Below, piece after piece: positions 10,082 through 22,000 of a stretch of DNA of 64,000 nt (position 1 is its first letter; each line of letters starts with the position of its first letter). The stretch comes from Andalucia godoyi And28 (Eukaryota > Protista > Jakobida), in the NCBI GenBank assembly GCA_009859145.1, contig VRVR01000018.1:253688-317687 (forward strand), given 5' to 3'. The notes under the pieces were generated by a model, which searched no databases, was not told the DNA's origin, and worked only from the letters and a program-made list of their open reading frames with translations. Made by a program: the position numbers and the translations under genes.

Positions 10082-13000
10082 CTAACGGCGCCGACGAGTC
10101 GCATTTGCTTCGGCTTGGACACGCTGCTGTTGCTCCAGCGACTTTTGACGGGTGTCGTTCTGCTGCTGAATGATAAGCTGCATTTGCTGAAGAACGTTTG
10201 TCTGGTTCTGCAGATCTCGGAGAACCTTGTCGACAAATCCATCACGTTCCCTGATTTCCGAAAGACGTTTCCCCACATTTTCAAGCGACGTCTGCAACAC
10301 CTGGGCCTCATTGCGACAGTCTTGTTTAACTTGTTCTGCTGACGCATTCTTCAGAAGTACTCGCTGTTGCAAGCAACGGGCTTTGCCCAATGGGTACACG
10401 GTGATGTCACCCTTGCTTAGCCGCTTCCAAATGACATCGCGAGTGCCAACGAGTCCTCCTGTCTGCCGAGCATCGTCGAACAAGAACCGTGTGTGCTGAG
10501 GCTTCACCAGTTCCGGGTTGGTCATTGCAGCAGAGACCAATGACAAATACACATAAAAATGGATATAGTTCCAAATGTTCTGTTCATGCTTGATGTGATC
10601 GGTGAACGAGATTCCTTCGAGTTCAAACGTCTGCGCTTCAATGCCAGACATGAAAGACTTTGATCCCATCGCTTCGCGAATGGTTGACCGCTCTTCACGA
10701 AGCTGTCCAAACGTGTCGATGATAATACCAAGCACAATGTTCAAAATGACAACATAGACAATGAAGAAGGATGTCCGAAACGCCAATTCCCCGTCAAAGC
10801 CTCCGATGCTATCATTGAGAGCATCGCCGTTGGATGGGAGAGAGCTCACAATCATGCCAAAGCACTGGGGAAGATTATCGCACTGGAATTTTTCCTGATA
10901 GTACCGAAATGCGATCAATGCGTAAGCATATATGAAAAAAACCCCAAGCAGTCCGGTCACAAGCAGGGAGCGCCCATTTCGGTACACGGACTGCAGAACG
11001 GACACCAGCAGCGGAATTTGCCGAATGATCTCAATCAATTGATAAGCAAAGAAAAATGGCGATATGAGAATTGCTAGGACGCAAAATACCACGGAAGCGA
11101 TGCGATGCAACGAATTCGCTGTCACCGAGTACTGCAAGCGCCGCACCAATGCTTCCCTCCTCGACATGCTGTACAAGGGGTTTTTTCCCGTTCGCTGCCG
11201 GATGAATGCACGAAGTCGTTCTTCGCGCTCTATCACGAAGTCAGAAGGCCAAAAAACAACATTTGACGCAACAAGGGCCGTCAGCAGCACCACACCGATG
11301 ATTCCGTATTCGTAACGGTCCGCAAAAGAACTGGAAGTCTCAGGAGACTCGGAGAAAACCAAGATGTTCAGCACAATGGTCAGCAAACACACGAACCTTT
11401 CGAGCCACAGTCGAACAAATGAATTGGAAAGGAACCCTTTCAAGGACGAAGCTGCTGCGGCATCCGCTCGTCTGCGAAAGCGGGAAGACAAATCCTGTGA
11501 AAAAGACAAGAACTGCTCCATCTTATCTGTTTGGTTGCGATGGGACACTCCCCAAATAACGTCGTGACGATCTGATGCATTTAAATGCTTCTCGGACAGC
11601 GCCAGTCTCGGAAAATAAACAACTTCCACAGCCTCTGTATTTGGCAACACAACCTCAACACGACCCAGCGACTTCAGAAGCGGGTATTCTCTTTCGACTT
11701 CCTCCGATGAGAACGGCGGTTCATCCATGTGCAGCAGGGACAGCAGGGCACCAAATACGAGTCCTTCTTCCTTGATTCGTTCCAAACACTGCAACATGGA
11801 TTCCTTGTGCTGCTTTTCATACGATCGATTCAATTTGAGATGCTTGAGACGCGACTCGGAGTATGACAAATACGAGTCGTGCATCTCGCAATAGGATTTG
11901 AACTGCTTGCAGACAAGCGACGTATCAAGCTGCTTTTGCAGCAGCTTCAGCTGCACATTCTGATCCACGCCCTCCTGCAGAGAAATGACGATCCTGATGG
12001 CCAGCATGCATGCATTTCGTTGCAGAACAGACACAGGACTCATGAACGTCGAAACACGCAACGACCGCTCCCAGACAAATTGTTTCGACAAAATCGTAGA
12101 AACAGAGGACACAATGGACACAAGGACAGGGCCATCCGCTTGAGCAGCTCGATTTGGTCCGGACACCATGGAGAGAATGGCAAGAAGGACATCCAAGAAC
12201 TGCTGCTGATACTGAAATCCCATCTCAACGACAGATCTTCTCGCATACTCTTGAACAGACAAGCTGGATCCATCAGAACGCTCGTTTTTCCCTTTGCCAT
12301 ACTCATCATCGTCGTGATCATCAGCATCATTGTCGTTTTCATCGTCGTCATCATTAAAGATGAACCCACCGGACGTCCTCAACAGCGCATTGTCACAATA
12401 CTGGGCGTAGGCATCCGTCATACGTTGCAGGACATCCGACAGAGGTCTCAAATATCCCAAGTTCTGGAACGCATTCGGAGGACTTGAAAGCAGGGATAAC
12501 GACTTCAAAAACCCCGCGGCGGACGAAACGCGTGCTCTATTGGTCGTGTCCAGGATGATGCGAACGAGTACAGGAAACGCAGAGGAGTTAGTATTTAGCA
12601 GCGCCGCAACAATTGCTTCTTCCTCCGGTTGCAGCGGTGCGAAGATGCGGACAAGTGTGGACACAGTGTGGAAGCAAGCATGAACAACATCCTCTCCGAG
12701 ACCTGATGCCACATCAAAAGGTACGATGTGTCTCGCAGAAGGATATGACAACAACTGCAAAATTCGAGGCAGAGCATCGCTGATCACAAATCGACGATAT
12801 TCCGGACTATTGGCTACTGCAGCCTTCCCCATGGACACGGAAAGTCCCCAGATCGCAATGACAGTCAGACTGGCAGATCGCAATGGCAGATCTCGAACAA
12901 GGGATTTGAGAGAACGCAAACTTAGATCCGTAAAGAACGAAACTCGAGAAGCCTTGTCGCGCTCCAAGAGAGAGGATAGTGAAACCTGGAGGGAAGATAC

Positions 13001-16000
13001 AAACAGTGAATAGCTGCGGACATTGGCATCCTCAAACTCAATTTCCACATCACTCTTCGCATCATCACTATGAGACGGCGAATTCATCGCATGAAATCGG
13101 CCAGACGCAGAGTCCTTCTCCGTGGTTTCCAAATGCACAGGCAGCCTAGAAATAGAGGCTTCGAGATCCTCGCATTCCTGAACAGATGGGAGATTGAACG
13201 TCCAAAGGCCGACCCGTTGTGTTGACAGCACCCACGAGTGCATCTGGACAATTTGCGACGAGAGCCCCTCTCGCTCAACAGCGCCGCTACGACGCAAAGC
13301 CACCATTGCGTTGGACACACATCTCCTTGCGGAAACAGCGACACGATACAACAACGACAGCCAAGCAGCAGCAGCCGAAGATGGCGAGCCAGTGTTTTGA
13401 ACAAACGCAACAATAACGGACGGCATAACAGAGAACAAACGACAAGCAATGTCCATGTTGCTGCCACTGTTGTTTGATGAAAATACAGAAAGAGCAACCT
13501 CCGTGCCTCCTACGTTCTTCAGTGACGCAGACACAATCCCCAACGCACAAACAAATCCATCTTCGAGAGCCACCTTATTGTTTTTAGACAAAACAAAAGA
13601 CGAAGAGAGGTAGAACAGTCGAATAGCATTCCAGGCAACTGCCACAAACTTGGCTGCCACATTCTTAGATTTCCCCGAGGCAATAGAAAGCAGGTCATGC
13701 AGAGGAACAACTTGCCGTATTGCATCAACTTTGCGCTCATCCCTCGAAAGAAGTCCAATTGCTTCGGCGATGCAAATTGCATTAATGTGCATGTGAGGTC
13801 CTGTTAAAATGAGATTTGAGCGCGAGAGAAACGCCAGAACAATCCGATCATTTTGAGAAGAAATAAGAAGCGAAATGGAGCTCGGAACAGCTCCGGTCGT
13901 ATCCCGTTTGAGGACATCCGGGTCGCGTAGCAACAACAGAAGTGAAAATAAATCTTCGTCTACCAATTCCTCAGACCGGTAGGGCGCAACTGCACAGCAG
14001 CATCGCGCCACAAAAAGACCAAAATCCCGCCAATACGGCATAACAAAACGGACAAACCGACGAAAATTCTGTCCATAGGAAATTAAATGTCGCTCGTGAA
14101 GGAGAGGCATCATTGCAAGGCAATCCTCCGGAAACCGAGCAGACTCCTCAAGGCAAAATGTGTCCAATGGAAGAGATGAAATGAGTTCCTTTTGTCTGCG
14201 AGAAGCCGACGTCAATGCTTCCCTCATGCTTTCAAAGGACCGACCAGCCATCCAATCTTTCCAATTTTTCAGATATTCCATATCTTCCACAGACTCTAAT
14301 ACCACGCAATTCTTCATGCCATCCAGAATTGTCGACCACGTTGCACACTCATCAAATACCATTTCCCACAAACTGTTCATACTGATTCCGGATGCGGATG
14401 ACAAAGACAACAGGCAATCTCTGATGATGCGGTCCTGCTCCACTGTTGCACGACCCAGAGACTCTGCATTTTCAAGAGAAGACAAGAGAATCATTTGACG
14501 CAGCTCAGAAACATCAGATGGATTCTGCTGTGCATGAGCAGCGTATTCCTCTTCGACTGGGGGGTCGAGATCCTTCAAAAGACGCCTTGAGGATCGTGAC
14601 CCCGAGCCTGGAGTGACCGGAGATGCTGGAGATGTCGGAGATGACAATTCTTGACCGGCTCTTGCATCCACAACATCCATAGCAACTGATGAAGAGTCCG
14701 CAGTATCTGAAAAAAGAGACTGATGTTTCAAATACGTCTGCCATAGCACATCTGACCGCTCCGCATCTCTTTTTAACCGTATGGCCCAAATCAGCAAAGA
14801 TAGATGGTGCATGAGCGACGCCAAAAATCGCCGATCCACACTTGGCTGCGCTGACAACCGCTGGGCAACTAATGCAACTCCTTTCATCATACGGGCCGTG
14901 GATGTCGATACAGTCTCCCTTGTGTGGCCATGCGAAACAAGCAACGTCAAAATACGGACAAGAACAGCAATACGCTCGAGATCGGAGGACTCTGTAGAGG
15001 TGGACAGAGCCAATGAAATGGAGTCAACCAGATCAAGAAGATCACCTTGCGGTTTGGGAGTCAGCTGCTCAGAAAGACGCGAAAACACCACCACGGATTT
15101 GACGGAAGCTTCGAATGCTAACCGCTCCGCAATATCGGAAGGAATTGCCGCAAACCAATGACAAATCATTCTGCCCATTGCAACGACAACAGGAGTAGGA
15201 ACAGACGAATTACCAATGAGCTGAGTGCAGCAGCTTCTCGGAAGGATACCTTCAACCCACGTCACGAAAGCCGGGCTTCGTACAGGAAGCGCAGATGCCA
15301 CAGTCACAATCAATGTCAGAACCGCATGGTGAAATGTGGAATGCGTCATCGAGCAGCTTCCGGAAGAATACGAGTGTTTCTGAATGAGGGAGGACAGACG
15401 AGACGAAGAAATAATGTTGGCGAGAACAGAAACGAAAGAAATATTCACAGCACCTGTGGAACCATCTGGCAAGATCCGGTCCAAAATCAGCTTCTCGTAG
15501 CACATCGACTCTGCCCAGCGGATCAAATTGGAGTTTTCTTCCTTAAGAGCAGATTCTAATACACTAGTCACATACCGCTCACCACCAAGGAATTTCAGTG
15601 ATCCGCCTGTCACAGAGCTGAGCTTCAGAATAGCTTCTACCAACAACAAAGAATCTCCGGAGCCTGTTCCATGCAGCAAAGACTGCACAATCCTGGTAAA
15701 GCGAGTCCCAAGAAATCCGTTTCCCGACATCAGACCTCGTAAAATGATAGTCAGTTCAGATCGAGGTGCAGAGGATACGTTCTGGCTTTCATCCGATGCA
15801 CGCTCCATAGTGATGAGGAACGATTTCGCAAAGGAGTCAGACCATGGAGAAGAGGATAAACTTGAACCGACTAAAGGCAGCATATCCTCTCGGATAATAA
15901 TCGAAGCGAACTGGGAACAGAATTCCAACGACCGATTATGGCTCCACAGCGCAGAACACAGTCGAAACGCATAGGCAGCCGTTCGAAGCTTGTCGGAAAC

Positions 16001-18373
16001 GAGCTGGAACGAAAACACGTCTTCTTCTTTCAACTGTGAATTGCCAACAGAAAGACGAGCGCAAAGTGGTTTGACAGAGTAGGCAAGGATTGGAGATATG
16101 GGAATTCGCTTCACCAGATACTGCGCAATAGCCTGCGTTGTGACACGAAGGTACTTCGAACTATCAGCCGTCACCCCAATGTAATCAGCGGCTCCATCTT
16201 GGAACAAAACCAGGGGAAGCGTCGCCGGGTCTGAATCCTTCTCCGAAAACTCATAAAACTTTCTGTCAGGAGAATACGAAGACGTAAAGCACCAGCACTT
16301 GTTGATCCACAAAATCGTGTAGAACTTCCCAGAAGCACAGCAGCGGAGGAGTGGCCGAGAACCAAACTGGCCATCCTTGACACGAGAAGCAGCTGGCGGA
16401 GCTCGTGGAATCAAATCAAAGACAGTTTCGGGGATCACCGTTTTCGAAACATCGCCCTTTTCGGTAACGAACGATTTCCCATCACGTCCCAGAATGCAAA
16501 CGCGTGGAAATCTAGCAGAATGAATGGATTGCTCGAACACCGACGTAGAGTTCATGGACAGCGTAATCGAAGACGCAACATTCCGAAGAGTTACGTACAG
16601 GGTCTTCGACCGAGACGAAACTGAAAGATACTGCGAACGAGAGACGCTATCCACTGCTGACGATGATGACAGCGTCCAGGCCAAAAGATCCGATTCGACT
16701 TCGTTGTCGGAACACAGGACAACAGAGAATGGTTTTTGGTCGTTCTGTATCTCTGCAATGGCTGCACTGACATCGGTAAACGCTGAGCCGGCCAGCAGCT
16801 CATCAAGAGTAATGGATGTGGAACTTTCCGTAGGATTAAACTCCAGCTGAACCACATCCTCCTGCGATACGATTTCATTTCTGCGCGCTTCTTCAGATAT
16901 CTGCTCTGCCCTTGTTTCCCGAGCCGTCAAGATGGATGCATAACATCGGTCTCGTCGAGGAATTGACAGCGTGATCTCTTCTGCGCTCGTTCCAGAAGCT
17001 GAATCGAGAGAAAATGAAATGCGGATCAAACCGAGCCCGGAGTTATCCACAGTCTTGATAGAATCAATGGAGACAATATCCGGGTCTCGTTTGAAAGTGT
17101 GATCAAACACGAGCCGGGATGTAGTAATGTACAGACGTCCGGGAGATGCCAAGAACCCTCGAATAAGCGAGCCTGCAAAGTCTGCAACGAGCGCTTCATT
17201 TTCCGCCAAACCTTGATTGCCTGCAGACACGAATTTCAGCAGCTTCTGCAGCTTCTCTTTTGGATCATCAAAAAACAAGTCAAAGATGGACGAAGAAGCA
17301 CCGCTCTTGTCGCTACTCACAGAGCCAAGAGACTGGTTCGAGCCTACCAGTCCGAGAGACTGGTTCACTGCCAAACAAAGGCCGGAAGTCAACGACCGAA
17401 CACGGACAGCAACCTTACCAGACAGGATAATTGAACCATCCTGTTTCGCTGTCATTGGTTCCATTACCCACAGTCCGCGTACTGACAAATCAGCGACAGA
17501 TGGCATCTCATTTGAAGCTGCAAGATGGGGCCGAGCAGCCACCGGTATGACGGACGTCGCATCGGCCGGGTTCAATTGCAAGTAGTTGCGAATACCGCAG
17601 ACGACTTGCGATTCCGCGTCCCCGTTTTTCACGACGTTCCCACCGTGCTCATGCCCGGTATTCTTGAAAGGAATATGAGATATTAAATGAGGTGGACAGA
17701 AAGGCTCTGTGATAACAACGTTCTTATCGTTGACATGTCCCATTGAAAAAACATCGCCAGCATAAAGCAAATCAGGATCGAAAAATGGCGCCATTCGCTG
17801 AATGATCCATGGAGCAGAAGAGACCGAAGCACAAACCGGAGACATTGCGTCAAACTCGTCTTCCCGATTGGAAGAATTTCCAAGGTACAGCGAAGTCGCC
17901 AGATGCAGCAAGAAAAGTGGGCCGTCCGTCGACAGCACAGGATCCCCCGTACTTCTGATTTTCGATGCTGGCTGGACCTGAAAGCACGTATGGTCGTTCG
18001 TGAAGTTGGATTTTGTCTGTGCATTCTGGACCTTTCCAGGCCTAGAATGCGATGAAGACGTTTCGAAAGCGGCAATCGGCGAGAACAGAGCTGCATAGCC
18101 AATATTGAGATGCAGTGCTCGATTCAAACAAAGATACCGATCTGACCGCCATTCCCTGATGCGAACGACATCGCCATATCGAAGTACGGGGGAGATGTCT
18201 GCAGCATCTGCAATTTCCAATATGCAGTATGTGGATGCATCGTACTCGGCCGAAGGAACCACAACATCCGAATATGTCTGCACAGTTCCGTAATGAAGAA
18301 ATCTACGGAACGGACGCAACTGACCTTTCACATTCGACTGAAATCGAACTACACATCCGTTTGGAAAATCCAT
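10082..18373 (-). CDS. ITPR: Inositol 1,4,5-trisphosphate receptor-like Ca2+ release channel (about 2,760 aa)
   Basis: N-terminal beta-trefoil/MIR-like region (VLRYGDVVRI, CFQVQPASKIRSTGDPV), armadillo-like core, six-TM region and ILNIVLGIIIDTFGQLREE...FTDHIKHEQNIWNY. First ATG at 18373 (the track start at 18397 is TTG). Confidence 0.9.
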   Translation of the reverse strand: MDFPNGCVVRFQSNVKGQLRPFRRFLHYGTVQTYSDVVVPSAEYDASTYCILEIADAADISPVLRYGDVVRIREWRSDRYLCLNRALHLNIGYAALFSPIAAFETSSSHSRPGKVQNAQTKSNFTNDHTCFQVQPASKIRSTGDPVLSTDGPLFLLHLATSLYLGNSSNREDEFDAMSPVCASVSSAPWIIQRMAPFFDPDLLYAGDVFSMGHVNDKNVVITEPFCPPHLISHIPFKNTGHEHGGNVVKNGDAESQVVCGIRNYLQLNPADATSVIPVAARPHLAASNEMPSVADLSVRGLWVMEPMTAKQDGSIILSGKVAVRVRSLTSGLCLAVNQSLGLVGSNQSLGSVSSDKSGASSSIFDLFFDDPKEKLQKLLKFVSAGNQGLAENEALVADFAGSLIRGFLASPGRLYITTSRLVFDHTFKRDPDIVSIDSIKTVDNSGLGLIRISFSLDSASGTSAEEITLSIPRRDRCYASILTARETRAEQISEEARRNEIVSQEDVVQLEFNPTESSTSITLDELLAGSAFTDVSAAIAEIQNDQKPFSVVLCSDNEVESDLLAWTLSSSSAVDSVSRSQYLSVSSRSKTLYVTLRNVASSITLSMNSTSVFEQSIHSARFPRVCILGRDGKSFVTEKGDVSKTVIPETVFDLIPRAPPAASRVKDGQFGSRPLLRCCASGKFYTILWINKCWCFTSSYSPDRKFYEFSEKDSDPATLPLVLFQDGAADYIGVTADSSKYLRVTTQAIAQYLVKRIPISPILAYSVKPLCARLSVGNSQLKEEDVFSFQLVSDKLRTAAYAFRLCSALWSHNRSLEFCSQFASIIIREDMLPLVGSSLSSSPWSDSFAKSFLITMERASDESQNVSSAPRSELTIILRGLMSGNGFLGTRFTRIVQSLLHGTGSGDSLLLVEAILKLSSVTGGSLKFLGGERYVTSVLESALKEENSNLIRWAESMCYEKLILDRILPDGSTGAVNISFVSVLANIISSSRLSSLIQKHSYSSGSCSMTHSTFHHAVLTLIVTVASALPVRSPAFVTWVEGILPRSCCTQLIGNSSVPTPVVVAMGRMICHWFAAIPSDIAERLAFEASVKSVVVFSRLSEQLTPKPQGDLLDLVDSISLALSTSTESSDLERIAVLVRILTLLVSHGHTRETVSTSTARMMKGVALVAQRLSAQPSVDRRFLASLMHHLSLLIWAIRLKRDAERSDVLWQTYLKHQSLFSDTADSSSVAMDVVDARAGQELSSPTSPASPVTPGSGSRSSRRLLKDLDPPVEEEYAAHAQQNPSDVSELRQMILLSSLENAESLGRATVEQDRIIRDCLLSLSSASGISMNSLWEMVFDECATWSTILDGMKNCVVLESVEDMEYLKNWKDWMAGRSFESMREALTSASRRQKELISSLPLDTFCLEESARFPEDCLAMMPLLHERHLISYGQNFRRFVRFVMPYWRDFGLFVARCCCAVAPYRSEELVDEDLFSLLLLLRDPDVLKRDTTGAVPSSISLLISSQNDRIVLAFLSRSNLILTGPHMHINAICIAEAIGLLSRDERKVDAIRQVVPLHDLLSIASGKSKNVAAKFVAVAWNAIRLFYLSSSFVLSKNNKVALEDGFVCALGIVSASLKNVGGTEVALSVFSSNNSGSNMDIACRLFSVMPSVIVAFVQNTGSPSSAAAAWLSLLYRVAVSARRCVSNAMVALRRSGAVEREGLSSQIVQMHSWVLSTQRVGLWTFNLPSVQECEDLEASISRLPVHLETTEKDSASGRFHAMNSPSHSDDAKSDVEIEFEDANVRSYSLFVSSLQVSLSSLLERDKASRVSFFTDLSLRSLKSLVRDLPLRSASLTVIAIWGLSVSMGKAAVANSPEYRRFVISDALPRILQLLSYPSARHIVPFDVASGLGEDVVHACFHTVSTLVRIFAPLQPEEEAIVAALLNTNSSAFPVLVRIILDTTNRARVSSAAGFLKSLSLLSSPPNAFQNLGYLRPLSDVLQRMTDAYAQYCDNALLRTSGGFIFNDDDDENDNDADDHDDDEYGKGKNERSDGSSLSVQEYARRSVVEMGFQYQQQFLDVLLAILSMVSGPNRAAQADGPVLVSIVSSVSTILSKQFVWERSLRVSTFMSPVSVLQRNACMLAIRIVISLQEGVDQNVQLKLLQKQLDTSLVCKQFKSYCEMHDSYLSYSESRLKHLKLNRSYEKQHKESMLQCLERIKEEGLVFGALLSLLHMDEPPFSSEEVEREYPLLKSLGRVEVVLPNTEAVEVVYFPRLALSEKHLNASDRHDVIWGVSHRNQTDKMEQFLSFSQDLSSRFRRRADAAAASSLKGFLSNSFVRLWLERFVCLLTIVLNILVFSESPETSSSFADRYEYGIIGVVLLTALVASNVVFWPSDFVIEREERLRAFIRQRTGKNPLYSMSRREALVRRLQYSVTANSLHRIASVVFCVLAILISPFFFAYQLIEIIRQIPLLVSVLQSVYRNGRSLLVTGLLGVFFIYAYALIAFRYYQEKFQCDNLPQCFGMIVSSLPSNGDALNDSIGGFDGELAFRTSFFIVYVVILNIVLGIIIDTFGQLREERSTIREAMGSKSFMSGIEAQTFELEGISFTDHIKHEQNIWNYIHFYVYLSLVSAAMTNPELVKPQHTRFLFDDARQTGGLVGTRDVIWKRLSKGDITVYPLGKARCLQQRVLLKNASAEQVKQDCRNEAQVLQTSLENVGKRLSEIRERDGFVDKVLRDLQNQTNVLQQMQLIIQQQNDTRQKSLEQQQRVQAEANATRRRR

Positions 18374-18690
18374 GGTCTCCTGAAAACACCTCGACAATCC
18401 GTAGAAACTCCCTGTGGATCTGCAGCTGAGGGCACGTCGTCGTCAGAGGAGCAAAAGATCAAAAGGAAAGTCAGATGTGCAGGTCTTTCTGAGGAGTTTT
18501 CGCCAAAAGCCCACGGAATTATGCGATTCGAGAGGGAACAGTGAAAGAGCAAGCTTGGCAGCGCTTGCAAATCAAACTGCGGAGAACCTGCAAAAGAGTC
18601 AAGCGAGGTCTGCCAATGCGACAGCAGCACAGTCGGTACAGTCGGTTTCCGAAAAGATGATGATGCGTCTTCTTTCTTTCATCTGGTTCA

Positions 18691-18943
18691 CCGCTGCCAC
18701 TTGTTGTGATATGATGAAGCAATCTAAAGCGCACGTAAACGAAAAACACTGTCACGCGCCATGCCGCATGCGTTTGTTATCTTAAGCAACTCCGTCACAC
18801 GATGCCCCGATTCGTTGCGCCCCATTTTGATCATGAAATCCCTATACACACACCGCCGCGTTGCATTATGCATGTTGTTGGGTTGCAGCATTGATTATGG
18901 GTGATCAGCGATGATTATCCATGGATAGTGTACAATGTAGGCG
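18691..18943 (+). mobile_element. 253-bp non-coding dispersed repeat, copy A (MITE/ghost-locus-like)
   Basis: Colinear, same-length, highly similar copy at 59244-59496. Begins CCGCTG and ends TACAATGTAGGCG, the same terminal motifs as the Fanzor derivatives. Confidence 0.85.
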
Positions 18944-19072
18944 TGTGGTGTGCACAGTGCAGAACAAAATTTACTATCTAAGCCCAGGCTAGATCATTTT
19001 ACTTGGCTTGTCGTCGTTGCATGCTGCAGAACCTGATTGGTGATTTATTCCTCTTTTCCTTTTCCTTTGCTT

Positions 19073-22000
19073 TCACGTACCGCGAAACCAGCGGAAACCC
19101 TGCGATGCCTTTGCAACGCCAGATAGCTCATCGAGTACTTCCTCAATGCTGCACGAGTCACAGTCAAATCCATCATTCATCGAACGTTCAATGTGCGTCT
19201 GGAAGCCGCGGTCTCGCAGCTGCCCGCACTCTTGGATACATTCTTCAAGCACGACCGCGTACGGCTCAACGGCATGTGGGAATGACTGCGAGAAAGACGC
19301 CTGTGTATGAGCAAGGAAGAACCGGCGAGACGGAAGCTGGGAGATGAATCCGAATGCTTTCGGAACATCGAATGAGAGGGAGACGCTCTTTTCATTATCC
19401 GAAGCTGCATTGAAGAGGCCAGATCGCGAGCGAGACGATGCAAACAAGTTGCAGTTTGCAGTTAAGAACTGCGAGCAAAAAGACACCACTTCGGCGACAC
19501 CTGTTTGCAATTCTTCTCGGTTTTTGCAGTACAAACGGGTGTATTTTCGTAAATCTTCGAATCCTTCGGGCGACATCTCGCAGCGAATCTCTTTGGTCAG
19601 GATGTCTAAAGTGATTTTGAACACAGCTGGGGGCCTCACAATCAGCTCTAGCTGCCGATCTAGCATGCGCCCGGAAGAGACAAAGGAGCACTTCCATTCG
19701 TGCTGCGGGGGAAGAGACACAACGGCACACAACACATCCGCTTCAAGAACACAAACCAGCATCCAAGAAGTGTGCCAAGATCGATCGATGATGCGAAACG
19801 TCGCACGAGCAACAGTCGTCGAAGCTTGCGATAGAACAAATCCTTCCTTGTCAGCGACTTGCAGCAAGAAAGACAACTCACGAAGATGCAAGAAAGGGTC
19901 GAATGCAGAGCGCAAGACGGGTTTCGGGGATGCACAGACAAGTCCAGGGAACACAGCCATATTCGACGCAACCCCTTGAACCATATGTTTTGGAACGTCG
20001 AGCCAGGTTAGCTTTCCAAGACGAATGCAGCAAACGGCACGGGAATTCGACCTGATTAGACGAAAAAGATACACAATGTCTTGCCGTAAAGACTGCAGAT
20101 CAACCGATCCAAACATGACTTTGCGAGTAACCATCCCTGGAACATGGTCCTTCCATCGAGCAACAGCAGCATTCGACGGACGCGCCGCTTGCGTTCGCCT
20201 AATGTACTCTGGATGTGTTGTGTCTCTCCTTTTCCGATAATGCGTCGACATTTCTTCGGCATACTTATCAAGCGACGCCGAGTCTTCATTGAGCGAATCC
20301 GAAAACGCATGCACATCGGGCTGTGCTTCTCCGCGCGGGCGCGACGCTCGTACCAAAGTCGGTCCGATATCGACGGCCTTCTCTGCGTTTGGGGTAGTTA
20401 CTTCTGCGAGGCTCTTCACAGAACTACCGTTGAGTTTCCTCAACGACAGAATGCGTCTGGTGTGGTTTCGAAGGAAAAAAGGAGTGCAAGGAGATTGCCA
20501 GACTCTGCTGAGCAGGACAAGATGCTGATCCGGCGATGAGCCCTCGTCGACATCGAGAAACACAGACACATCTCTCCTACTTATCGGAACGTAATGATCA
20601 AAGTAACTTGCCAATGCAAGAACCAGCAAAGTCTCTGCGTGACGACGGGGCGTTGCTCCAGCTGCAGATACTTGGATGTACCATGCAAACTCTTTGGATG
20701 CCGAGGAATCGCTTGCAAACGCGCTTCCAAGAGATCTGGCAACACCGTAGGTGATGCTTGGCGACGCTGACTGTCCAAACAGCGAGCGACAAGCATCTTT
20801 TGGAGTTGTGCGCCCGCCATTTGTATTCTTGGGAGGCTGTCCGTTCCGTGCTCGGGCTGCCATTGCACGATCGAAGTAGGAGTCGCACGGCACAGAAGAT
20901 GGCGAAGATGACAAAGACGACGAGGAAGACAAACCTGATTGGCTCTCGCTCCGCTCGGGGGTCGGCGCCGCCATCTTTGCAGCTTCGACACGTTTTCTAA
21001 TCACTTTCAGCAACACTTGAGCATAGGTCATGATATCCCGAATTACGGCAGAAGTGGACTTGGGACCATCTGCAGACAATCGGTCAGGTTGCGCCATTAA
21101 GGACCTCGATTCTCGTCTTTCCGCGGAAGCGGAAGCTGTGGTCGTGGTCGTGGCTGTGGTTGCAGTTGTTGCGTGCCTCGGTTCTGGATCACTCACAAGC
21201 AGCGCAAATTCTTGCGGAACAGGGGAGAGGAAAGAGGATTTCAACGTTCTCGCCTCCAGCACTTCTCTGCAAATTTCCTGCTTGGACTTCATGTGATCCA
21301 TCCAAAATTCTAAAGATGCGGGTCGGGGACACGGTTCAAGCGAGGACGACGAAACGCTGATGAGCGACGCCACAAAGAAAGATGTCACATCGATCGCTGG
21401 GAATTGAAGAGGCAGCGGGCGCGAGCTGACCGACGGCTCCACTAATTTCATAAATGTCATGAAGACGGATAGCTTTTCGTCTCTCGAAGAGGAAGATCCG
21501 AAGAACGTTCGCTGACCATCCACATTCATCGTCAGCTTGCAATTGTCAAATGTGACCATACCGGAAGCACGGGGTCCAGAGCCATAGTTTGGAAACGACC
21601 GCTCAAACGAGGAGCGGAACGCCGGAACATCTGCGAAAAGCCCAAAAGCAATGCCGAAGCGTACTAAATCTTGCAGAGTCTCCACTTGATTCTTACGGGC
21701 AGGGCCATTGACGAGAGCAGTGATGGAAGACATCGCGGTTTCCGCAAGGACTTCTGCAATTATGAGCCGTTCGAAGCAGTCAACAGAGAATTGGACATCA
21801 AACACATGGTTGTATACAAACTTCAATTCAAAAGAACGAGACAGATTCGCAGAGATGTACTTCCATAACAACGAGCATGCAACTCTGAATGTCGAAACAT
21901 CAGACAACGTTTTCAACAATACTTTCAGATCAGCAGCGATAGAAGCTCCCTCCCCAAAACCAACGTGATCTAAGCATGAGCGAATATTGTCCAAAAGCCA

